A DNA stretch of 64,000 nt, taken from contig NW_008246085.1 of the NCBI RefSeq assembly GCF_000281045.1, forward strand, positions 373,749 through 437,748, in the 5' to 3' direction. The notes under the pieces are model-generated. The model saw nothing but the letters and a program-made list of their open reading frames with translations, was not told where the DNA came from and searched no databases. This DNA comes from Saprolegnia diclina VS20. Lineage: Eukaryota. A program made the translations under genes and the position numbers. Shown here one piece after another: positions 23,807 through 33,386 of this stretch (its first letter is position 1; each line of letters opens with the position of its first letter).

Positions 23807-25621
23807 GATGGTCGGTCGTCGGTCGTATCAGAGGAGCGCCGCCGGACCGGAAATGACCACTTGGCGTAACCACTGGCAATCGCGTTGGCTGGCAATTTTT
23901 CATTCGCTTTCGCCGACGTATACAAACACCAAGTGGTCGCGCATCTACGTCGATCGTGGCTCGCGCGAGAGAAGCTCGCCACGCGCGCTGATTGGCGCAG
24001 CGTTCATCCAAGACGCCTTTTTAGCCAATCAAAACACGGTTTGTAACACCTTTCTTGGGTTGGCGCTCGGAGACGAAGAAGGGGAGAAGAAGAAGAGGGG
24101 GATCAGCTGAGCCGCTATCTTCCCGTCACATCCGCGCTGCGTCCAGTTGCGGATTGCAGCGGCCTCGATGATACTCGAGCGTCACGCCAACACGATATCT
24201 CGCTATCTCTTGCTCCATGGTGAATGTATATATTCGATCTATCGACGAGCTAGCTATCTATGCACCCAGTCATGAACGCGAGATGGATCGCTGCTCAAAG
24301 ACAAGCACGCAGCGAACGGCGGCAGGTAAGGACGCCCCGCGCAAACGTTGAAGGCCTGTCATCTCGAATTGGGTGGATGCTTGTCAATGCTCCGACCTCT
24401 GAAAATGAATATGGTGTTCGCGCCACTTTGGGCGGCTGTTGACCAATTGCTACAGTGTATTGGAGCCGCGTTGGGTGGCTTCTCGAAACATGAGCGCCCT
24501 TGTATGCCGACGTGATAGCGAGCTGTTCCCACCACTTTGCACGGGCTTTGCCGTCGTACAGTAAATGGGAGGGGTCATAGTAGGACCCACCATGCTATTT
24601 CGGCTTCTTGGCTATGTCGTCGGGCTACTTGGCTACCAAAGGTCAAGTCACTTGAAGGTCGCGTCGGAAGCTGCTCCACGTGGCGCTGACGCGTTATTAT
24701 GAACCCTACGAGCGATGACCTCGATCGGCACGAAACCCATTTTACTGGGTAGCTGCGCTCGTCCCAGCCAACGCTCGCAAAGTCTGGGTAGGTGTCGTTT
24801 CAGTCACGGAAGCCATCGTCCCGAGCTTCGATCCTCGTCACCAGCGTCGCTGTCGCTGACCACCTTGGTCGACGAAGCGGGGACATGTAAGGTGGTTGGA
24901 AGAGCTAGCAGAAAGAACTAGGCGGCGGCGGTCCACCAGAATTCGCTTCCGATTCATGGAGTTCTGGCTACGCAGTCTCCCACTCAAGCGTCGAATCTGA
25001 CGTCCTGTGATAGGCTCGAGGGCGCTCTTAGCGTCGTTGTTCATTTCTCTAACATCGACTACTACTATGGGGCTGGGGCGGTCGCGTCTACGCAGCCAGA
25101 AGGCGGTGCCGTCCATGTGCCAGTCCCATCGCTGCAAGGCTACGGCGCGTTGCGCTTGGATGAGCAGCCAACCCGTAACTCTCTGTCGAGACTTGCGGTC
25201 ATTTGCCCACATTGCTTCGCCTCGGTGTCACGCGCGCCTTGAAGTTGAGTTGGAGTTGAAGGCCGTATGTAGTAGTACTAGTATGCGTTTTGGTTCCCAC
25301 TTGCGCAGTAGCACGGTGCATAAATCTGCTGTCGCGTGGCTCTGGCATGCAGAACACCCAGGACCACTTGCAATTCGCTACATCCACCAAGGCTTGGGCC
25401 CGTTCATTTGAACCCTTGCTAGCATCTCCTACCACGGCGGTCTACCGAGGCCAACCTTCATCTGTCACATGCAGACACAACTGAAACGGCTCGGTCGACG
25501 GTTTCGTCCTCAAGTGACGTTACTCCTTGCGTCATAGTGTACGTTGCCCTGTAGACTCGACGAGAAACGACGACAATAACGCGCGACGACAGGGACGTGT
25601 AGTATTGTGTCGTGGGCTTGA

Positions 25622-26616
25622 CTACACATCTCGAAACTCGGCATCTTTGATGGTCTTGGCCCGCGACGACGACGGCGCTTGGTGCAACAAGTCGATCGAG
25701 TCGCCCGTCGCGCTGTTGACATCTAGGGAACGCATGAGGCAACTAACTAGACTTAGCACAATGTACACTGGAACTGCTGGTACGACAAGTTGTTGTTGGC
25801 GTCGACCGTTGCTTTCACGCGGACATAAGCACGTGACAATTGTCCACCAATGGGGAACGAAGCTTGAATGACGCCGGCACCGTTGACCGCTACACATGGT
25901 CGTTAGAGTTGACGTTGCCTGCAATGGCAATGGCGGACTCTGCTCGACGAGCTGCTGCGGCGAGCCGACTTGGACACCGAGGCCAAACTGGCGAGTGATC
26001 GCAGGGTGCCCTTGGAGCCGCTCGTTTGCGGCGTTTTGAATGGTGGCGACACGCCCCATCGACTGCTTCATGGCGCCGCCCACGAGGCTGAAGAGGCCCG
26101 TCATGAGCCCTTGCAGCACGAGCGGCATCCCGGCTGTGAGCGGGTTGCCACCCCGGGCCTTGGTGCGACCCAGGTTGTTGAAGAGCGCATTGTTCTTCGA
26201 GGACGAAGACCACGCACTGTTGCCACCTCGACTGTCTCGAAAGGAGCGGTAGAGACCGTAGGCGCCGAGGCCGATGACTCCCGTCACAACGACGCTGAGC
26301 GCGACTACAGCGAAAAGATCGATATACGGTTGCAAAGGCAAAGTGTTGTACCAGACGAAACGACCACAAAGACACCGACTCCGGCGACCACGATCGCGCC
26401 GGCCTTTGCCTTGTCCTTCCAATTCGCATTGCGCCAGTCGTCCGGGCTCGTGTACAGCGTGCGGACGGTCGTCGACAACGGCTGCAGTGCGCGAGGCAAG
26501 AGGCGCTGCGGCGAGCGGTTTGCGTGGTGCCACAGCTGGCGCTGCCCGAGCACGCTAGCGCGCATCGATGGAAGCAGCACCGTGACGCCGCGTCGCTGCT
26601 GGAGAAGGCGCAACAT
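25622..26616 (-). CDS. Putative mitochondrial inner-membrane protein, possibly Coa1/Tim21-like
   Basis: Arg-rich, acid-free presequence-like start (MLRLLQQRRG...); TM segments AGAIVVAGVGVFVVVSS|VALSVVVTGVIGLGAYGLY; then AANERLQGHPAITRQFG..VQVGSP, reminiscent of Coa1/Tim21 IMS domains; ends IKDAEFRDV*. Confidence 0.55.
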
Positions 26617-26713
26617 CGTTACTGGCCAGCTGCGCGTTGTGTGACGACCATCATTCCGGGACCAGCAGTCTGGTCGAAATGTACTGACCAATCGAGCCAG
26701 AAAGGCCAAGACG

Positions 26714-27537
26714 ATGAGCGGGATTCGAACGGGGGAGTCGGCGTGGCTCCAGAAGGTTCGCCGCCACCGCGGTCGCCGCGCGGCTCACGCCTGAAGATAG
26801 GAGATCACGCTCAAGGCGCCATCGCGTGGCTTCCACCGTACGCTGCCCGTCGTCCTCTTCCGGTGATACTGGGTCTCACGTCGATGCTTGCACCATTAGT
26901 CGTGACCGATGAAGTGTACAAGCAGGTACGAGGCCACGAGGCTGTGAGATCGTTGCTACTATGACGTGCGTAGATTCCCGAGATCCGCCACTTTTCGGTC
27001 GGTACGGCGACGCTCTTTGTCAAGCATACGTCAGCATCGCTCTCGCTCAACGAAAACTGCGACCCGGACGTTCGGTATTTGTTTGTCCAACGTGCGTCTC
27101 GCTCAAGTGCATTAGCATCGACATGGAAGGCGCAATGAACCGCATTGTGCCAGAGAGCTGGAACCGGTGATCCGACTTGCGAGCTTCGGCGCGGCGCACC
27201 TGACGACGACGCGTTGCGATAGGGAATTTTTCCGCCACACGATGGAGGGTGACGGTACGCCGCCAAAGGAGGTCCATGGCTTCAGCTCAATGCGCTAGAC
27301 GACATGCCGGCGCACATCAAGTCGACGCTCATCGGCGCTTCCATCACGGTGCCCGTCTCGAACGGCAAGTTCAATCTTGGCACGTGGCAAGGTATATACG
27401 CCAGACAATGCTAAAAACGTTGCTTTCTCATGACGGTGGTAGGTATCTACTTGTGCGAGCACCGCGACGTGGGCGGCTGGGGCAACGGCCACAACCGCAA
27501 GATCGTCGTGACCATCAACGGCCTCACGACCACTTAA
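26714..27537 (+). CDS. yjbQ: YjbQ/UPF0047 family protein (secondary thiamine-phosphate synthase family), 8 exons
   Basis: Manual splicing gives [136 protein letters not shown]...[29 protein letters not shown] and LGTWQGI are diagnostic. All introns are GT-AG. Confidence 0.93.
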
Positions 27538-28683
27538 GATCGCAAAGGCGCTCGCTCAATGACACCGGTCTCCATCGGCTTGTTCTTGACGAGTTCGTTG
27601 GGACCGTACACCCCCTTGTTGAGCCGCGTGAGCGCGTACACACTTGTATTGGGGCCGAGAAGCGTGCACGGGTCGGTCGCAACATTGCAACCGAGCTGGC
27701 TGCGATCACCGAGGATGACGCCGATCTTGCGTCGCCCCGTGTCGTACGTGACACCGTCGACGTCGATACACACACCTGTACCCGACGACGGCGCCAGAAG
27801 CGTCAAGTTGGCCGTCGACACTTGGTTGGCGAAATGGCTCTTGTAGCCGCAGAGGCTGTCCCCACAGTAGCCTACAACGTTATTTGCGTCGTACTCGAAG
27901 CAATCGAGTACAAGGTACCGGGGTGGCAAAGCTCGGCGCGGTCCATGATGAGTGCGTGCTTGACTTCGCAGCGCAGAACGACGCGGTCGCCGATGAGCAC
28001 GTCACCGCGCAGGTATGCACCGTGCCGCAGCGTGCAGCTTTCACCAATGATGGCCGGGCCTAACACACCACTAAGATATGATTTCCCGATGACATGGCTC
28101 TTGATGTACCTTTGATGTATACGTGGGGCTCGATGACGGTGTTGGCCCCGATAAAGATTGACCCCTCCGAGACATCAAAGACACCGCCCATGACGCGGAC
28201 CCCGCTCCCCAGCACGAGCTGCCGATCGGAGTGGTCGCTGTAGTTGAAAATCGAGCAGAGTTGCAGCACTTCAGTATTCTCCGTGCTGACATGGACCGTG
28301 GCATTGGCAGTGCCGCTGCACGGCACGATCGTCGTCGGGCACAGCGGCTCATGCGAGGCCAGCCACGATGTGATGTAGGTCTGCAGCTTGTCAAGCACAC
28401 TAAAGACGCTCGGTGCGTCGTCGAAAAGAGTGCTATGCTTGAACCGACCGATCTCGGTAAAGTAGAAGCTCGGGCGCAGCGCTCGGGGCACGTCGCCCGC
28501 ATCGAGGGTGGCCAAGCGGACAACGCGCTTCTTCGCGGCGAGGGTTGGCGCTTTCGCCTTGTTGTTCGCGAGCAAAGATGAAGGAGAGGATGGAGGTGCT
28601 GCTGCGCGGGCGTAGTAGACGCTAATGCAGGCGCAGACGACCGAGCATGCAACCGCAAGAGCCGCGGTCGCTTGGCCCGACAT
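27534..28683 (-). CDS. Stand-alone left-handed beta-helix acyltransferase (GlmU/G1P-thymidylyltransferase C-terminal-like) with N-terminal TM/signal anchor
   Basis: IFIGANTVIEPHVYIKG|PAIIGESCTLRHGAYLRGDVLIG...EVKHALIMD.A..CHP|GYCGDSL...TAN...DTGRRKIGVILGD.SQLGCNV. Introns at 28060-28109 and 27872-27918. Hydrophobic ALAVACSVVCACISVYY near the N-terminus. Confidence 0.85.
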
Positions 28684-29650
28684 TGCACAATGGCCCAATC
28701 TATCCGGATAATCTCATGGGCGCGATGGGATTGGCTGAAATTGCAAAAGGGTCGCTGGCTGATTTGCTGCCACTCGAGAAAATCGATATTGGATTGGTCG
28801 GGTGGGATGAAATGTGGCCGCCTCCAACATGACGTGGCACTCGTGCCGTCGATCTCTGGAGGTCGAGCACGTCTTCAGCCCTATCGAGCACTCAGATTGT
28901 GAGCGCTAAGATCTCCAAGAGGCTGCATGTATCGGCGCCTTGTACTTCACTTCGCTGCCGTCGGATACACCTGTCTGTCGCTGATGGCCTTGATCAACAG
29001 CCAACAAGCTTGCGATGGCCACATCGACCTGCGACGATCCTTCACCCTTCGCAGTGTCGCTGTTGCAATGAGCTCGTACCCTCTACGTACTTCGCCTCAC
29101 CGCACATCGCATCGCTCCACCAGTGTACTAGTATGCATACACGGAGACTGACAACAGAAATCGAGGACTGGGGTGACGACGGCGCTTGCGTTTGATCCAC
29201 ATGGGATTGCCGCATCAAGCTCAGCTTCAAACACACAGAGACATCAGAGACATGCTGGACATGCTCAGATTGCGGAGTGCGAGCCACCACGCTACGCCTG
29301 ACGTCGCTCTCGGAAGCCGTCGAGTCCACAACAGCTTCCACAAAGCAAATTCAGCAGATTTTTGGCGCCGACAGAATATTTATTTAAACGTCTTGCAAAT
29401 GCTATGCTTCATGTTCCAAATGCAATAAAATACTGGCGCATGTCCAGAAGATCTGCCTTGGCCAAGACAGTGCTAACATTTTAATCTTCTGCCTACAAAC
29501 ATCAAGCTCATTAAATAAAAACAAACAATGCAACCACGCCTGTCTTCTGCGTGAGCGCTTTTCTCACGACGTTGCACTTGGTTAAAGTATACGTGGCGAT
29601 GGCGGTGTCCCACGCTGTGATACAAGCCAATTTTTGGTTCATTGGCAAAG

Positions 29651-31507
29651 ATGGCAACGACGTCCGACTTCTTCATGCAAGGACCCGAGTCCGCGACGTC
29701 GCCGACGAAGAAGCTGCTGGCGCATCCGAGCGCAGTCGCCCGCCACCTCCAGCGCCGCCGCAGCACCGCGGCCAACGCACCGATCTTCAACGCGCCGACC
29801 ACCTCCTTCCACCGGTCGGACGCGCCGATGCGCCACTCGATCGGACTCGATGGCCGGTACCCTGAGCCCATGGCCGACCGCGCGCCGTACGACATTGTGT
29901 GGGACAACGCGTTCTTAGGTCTCGTCTTCCGCTGCAACTCGAAGAACCAGTGCATCATTCGCCGCGTGGACGCGAACGCGCCGCCCGAGGTCGTCCACGT
30001 CGCGCATGTCGGCGACGCACTCATCGCGTACAACAACCAGCCCAACCTCAACTTTGACATGCTCATGGAGCGGCTGCGCAACCCGCGGTTTCCAGTCACA
30101 CTCTCCTTTGCGCCGCCGTCGCAGGCGCTGCCCGTGTCTCGCCCGCCGCAGCACGGACGCCACAGCCTCGAGTTGCCGCGACCACTGCACATTGAGATCC
30201 CGCGCGGGACGCCTTCGATCATTCAAAGCGACGTGAGTGGCAGCATCATTAGCTCGGAAGATAACGACGCCATGTACGCGACGTTTGAGGTCGTGTGGAA
30301 CGAAGGCACGCGCCTCGGCGTGAGCATCATCAAGGTCGGCGCGTTGCCGTCCGTCAAGGAGCGCGTCGAGCGGCCTGCCGACCCGTCGCTGGCGCAGATC
30401 CAAGCCGGCGACCAGCTCGTGGCGATCCAGGGCGTCAACACGCTCGACATTGGGTACCAAGCGTCGATTGTGCTCCTTCGCGACACGCGCAAGCCTGTGC
30501 GCCTCTTGTTTCGCCGGCTGGTAACGTCGTCGTGTCGGCCCGACATGAACGACTCGGTCTTGTCACAGCCCGGGCCGCCGCCGCGCGAAACCGAGTACTC
30601 GCTCGTGTGGGAGTCGGGTCCACTCGGGCTCACGCTCAAGAAGGACAAGCTCAAGAACGAACTCATCGTCACAAAACTCCAAGACGAAGGCCTCGCCGCG
30701 CGCTCCAAGCTCTTGTCAATCGGCGACATTCTCATCTCGATCTCCAACGTCCAAGTCGTCGACCTCGGGCTCCGGGGTACCATGGCGTACTTGAAAGCAG
30801 TGCCCAAGCCCGCCGTCCTCGTCTTCCACCGCGTCGCGGGCACCGACCCGGATGCCTCGGTCTCGAGTCGCACGTCCATCTCGAGTCGGACGTCGGTCTC
30901 GAGCCGCATCTCGTCCGAGCCGCCGCCGCCCGCGTACGGCTTGCCCGTGTCGCCGCCCGCGTACATTCCACCTGCTGTCGTCTCCAAGCCCATGTCGCCC
31001 CCGCCAGCGTATGCGGCCATCATGCACCAACGGTCGTCGCAGGTGGTCGAGAGCATGGCCAAGCTCGAGCTCACGCCGACCGAGTCGAGCGAAACGACCG
31101 ACCAGCCGCAGCCGCTCTCGTTTGCACCCAAGAGCTACCGCGCGCCAGTTGTCCTTGCGCCTGTCTCGGGTCGCTCGACGTACTCGGACCTCGACGACTC
31201 GGGGCTTGTTATGGGCGTCGACATGCCACCGATTTCGACGCTGCCTGGGCCTGGTACGGTCAACGTCGTGTGGTCGGGCGGTCCGCTGGGTCTCACGCTC
31301 AAGGCGACGGGTGCGCGCGTCACGATCAGCCGAGTCACGGGCAAAGGCGAGGCGGGTGGTCTCGACATGCTCCGCGCCGGCGACATTCTCTCGGCGATCA
31401 ACGAGGTCGAAGACCTTACGCTCGAGTCGGCGACGATCATGCTCAAGACGCTCGAGAAGCCCATCTTTTTGCGCTTCACGCTGCAACAAGTGGAGGAAGA
31501 GCTGTAG
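29651..31507 (+). CDS. Multi-PDZ domain protein (4 PDZ-like domains)
   Basis: Four units, each with a carboxylate-loop-like motif (VWDNAFLGLVF, VWNEGTRLGVSI, VWESGPLGLTL, VWSGGPLGLTL), followed by GD.L..I/N and P+.L.F. Single exon. Confidence 0.85.
   Translation: MATTSDFFMQGPESATSPTKKLLAHPSAVARHLQRRRSTAANAPIFNAPTTSFHRSDAPMRHSIGLDGRYPEPMADRAPYDIVWDNAFLGLVFRCNSKNQCIIRRVDANAPPEVVHVAHVGDALIAYNNQPNLNFDMLMERLRNPRFPVTLSFAPPSQALPVSRPPQHGRHSLELPRPLHIEIPRGTPSIIQSDVSGSIISSEDNDAMYATFEVVWNEGTRLGVSIIKVGALPSVKERVERPADPSLAQIQAGDQLVAIQGVNTLDIGYQASIVLLRDTRKPVRLLFRRLVTSSCRPDMNDSVLSQPGPPPRETEYSLVWESGPLGLTLKKDKLKNELIVTKLQDEGLAARSKLLSIGDILISISNVQVVDLGLRGTMAYLKAVPKPAVLVFHRVAGTDPDASVSSRTSISSRTSVSSRISSEPPPPAYGLPVSPPAYIPPAVVSKPMSPPPAYAAIMHQRSSQVVESMAKLELTPTESSETTDQPQPLSFAPKSYRAPVVLAPVSGRSTYSDLDDSGLVMGVDMPPISTLPGPGTVNVVWSGGPLGLTLKATGARVTISRVTGKGEAGGLDMLRAGDILSAINEVEDLTLESATIMLKTLEKPIFLRFTLQQVEEEL
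30857..30912 (+). repeat. Coding 18-bp tandem repeat (SVSSRT/SISSRT/SVSSRI)
   Basis: tcggtctcgagtcgcacg tccatctcgagtcggacg tcggtctcgagccgcatc, in the linker between PDZ3 and PDZ4. Confidence 0.6.
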
Positions 31508-31684
31508 ATAGTAAAGAACCGAGATAATTTAGACCTATTTTAACAGCTATCCATGTATCCACCGAGCGTCGATGACCGTCGTCGTCCCCACACGTCCGAT
31601 CTTGAGCCCCTCTGCCAATCGGCGCCAACTTGAAGTTGTGCATACTCGCTGATTGGTGGATTCTTGACGTGGCTGATCACGAGT

Positions 31685-31699
31685 GTCATTTTTGGATTT
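31685..31699 (+). promoter_or_regulatory. INR/FPR-like core promoter
   Basis: GTCATTTTTGGATTT ~10 nt upstream of the ATG at 31709, with a reverse CCAAT (GATTGG) ~30 nt further upstream. Confidence 0.5.
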
Positions 31700-31708
31700 G
31701 CGGCCACG

Positions 31709-33322
31709 ATGGAGCGCAGCCCACTGCTGGACGCTCGCCATCCGCTGACGACTTCGGCCAAGAGCTCTCGCCTCGGGCGCCTCGAGAAGATGGCGATTGC
31801 CGTCGGCCTCATCGCTGCCCTCTCGATCGGCGCCGTTGTCTACTCGGCGCAGCACGCGTCATTGGCGCCGGCGCTCGCCGCCACCACGGCCCTCGCGACG
31901 CCCACCGAGTCTGTGGCCACAACGGCAGGCGACTTTTCTGGCGACTTGCGCCAGCGCTGCGTCGAGTCGTACTTCGAACAGACGCTCAACCACTTTGAAG
32001 CGACGGCCGAGACGTACCAGCAGCGCTACTTTGTGTGCAGCGAGTTCTGGAACCAAGACGCGCATGGCCCAATCTTCTTCTACGTCGGGAACGAAGCCGA
32101 CGTCGAGCTGTACCTGAACCACACGGGCTTGATGTGGGAGAACGCCCATGAGTTCGGTGCGCTCCTCGTCTTTGCCGAGCACCGGTACTTTGGCAAATCG
32201 CTGCCCGCGAACGCGACGACGCGCCTCCAGCACCTCTCCTCCGAGCAGGCGCTCGCCGACTACGCCGTGCTACTCCGGCACATCAAAACGACGCGCAACG
32301 CGTCGACGAGCGCGGTCGTTGGTTTTGGCGGCTCGTACGGCGGCATGCTGGCGACGTGGTTCCGCCTCAAGTACCCGCACATCATCGACGGCATCGTGGC
32401 AGGCTCCGCGCCCGTCCTCTCATTCCTCGGCGAAGACCCGCCGACCAACGTCTCGGGCTTCTCACAGATCGTGACGTTCGACGCGACGCCCGCTGCCGGC
32501 TCGTCGGCCAACTGCGCGACCAACGTGCGCCGCGTGTGGGACGTCATCTTCAACGCGTCCACCAGTGAAGCCGGGCGGGCAACGCTGCAGACGCACCTCG
32601 GGCTCTGCGACCCAGTGGCGACTGAGGCTGACGGGCGCGCGCTCGCCGACTGGGCCAAAGCCGCGTACGACTACCTCGCGATGGGGAATTACCCGTACCC
32701 GAGCTCGTACATCATGAACGGCGTGAACGTGTTGCCGGCGTACCCCGTCCGCGCGGCCTGCGAGCCCCTCGCGCCGTCGTTCCCGTCGACAAAGACGGGC
32801 GATATCGCGCTCCTGGATGCGCTCCGGGCGAGCGTCGGTGTGTACTACAACAGCACCAAGGACGTACCGTGCTTTGGGATGGGCCAGCCCTCCAACGAAA
32901 GCCAAATCGACGGCGAGTTCTGGGACTACCTCTTCTGCTCCGAGCTCTACATGCCCCAGGACCAGGGCAACGGCCTCGACATGTTTTGGACGGTTCTGCA
33001 CAACGTGACGGCCGACGCCGAGCGCTGCGCGGCCACGTGGAACGTCTCGATGCGCCCGCAGTGGGCGACGACCGTCTACGGCGGCCGCAAAGCGCTGTCG
33101 CAGTCGAGCAACATGGTGTTCTCCAACGGCAACTACGACCCGTGGGCCGGCATGGGGGTGCTCGAGGATCTCAACCCGACCGTCGTCGCCGTCAAGGTCG
33201 AGGGCGGCGCGCACCACCTCGACCTCATGTTCAGCCACCCGCTGGACACCGATGCCGTGCGCCAAGCCCGCGCGACCGAGAAGGCCCATATGTGGAAGTG
33301 GGTCCGTGAGGGTCGCCCGTAG
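31709..33322 (+). CDS. PRCP: Lysosomal Pro-X carboxypeptidase (peptidase S28)
   Basis: N-terminal TM anchor; QTLNHF, YQQRY, PIFFYVGNEAD, AEHRYFGKS, SEQALADYA; catalytic GGSYGG (Ser), SNGNYDPW (Asp), GAHHLDL (His). Confidence 0.93.
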   Translation: MERSPLLDARHPLTTSAKSSRLGRLEKMAIAVGLIAALSIGAVVYSAQHASLAPALAATTALATPTESVATTAGDFSGDLRQRCVESYFEQTLNHFEATAETYQQRYFVCSEFWNQDAHGPIFFYVGNEADVELYLNHTGLMWENAHEFGALLVFAEHRYFGKSLPANATTRLQHLSSEQALADYAVLLRHIKTTRNASTSAVVGFGGSYGGMLATWFRLKYPHIIDGIVAGSAPVLSFLGEDPPTNVSGFSQIVTFDATPAAGSSANCATNVRRVWDVIFNASTSEAGRATLQTHLGLCDPVATEADGRALADWAKAAYDYLAMGNYPYPSSYIMNGVNVLPAYPVRAACEPLAPSFPSTKTGDIALLDALRASVGVYYNSTKDVPCFGMGQPSNESQIDGEFWDYLFCSELYMPQDQGNGLDMFWTVLHNVTADAERCAATWNVSMRPQWATTVYGGRKALSQSSNMVFSNGNYDPWAGMGVLEDLNPTVVAVKVEGGAHHLDLMFSHPLDTDAVRQARATEKAHMWKWVREGRP

Positions 33323-33386
33323 TAGGGATACGACGATGGCTGTAACTGAGGATGCAATTAAGGATTGGCTTACAACGGAAAAGGCT

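Noticed and set aside
24000..25600. 1.6-kb gap with several short ORFs
   Set aside because: No consistent codon bias, motif or resolvable exon chain. A degenerate or small gene cannot be excluded.
26718..26735. GGATTCGAAC resembling a reverse tRNA T-loop
   Set aside because: Lies in yjbQ exon 1; no cloverleaf, D-arm or acceptor stem can be formed.
26700..27540. TPP riboswitch near yjbQ
   Set aside because: No CUGAGA / CCUGAU...UAAU...GCG.AGG core found, and the introns are too short.
28800..29600. Short ORF fragments between the LbH and PDZ genes
   Set aside because: Frames are interrupted and no family is recognisable.
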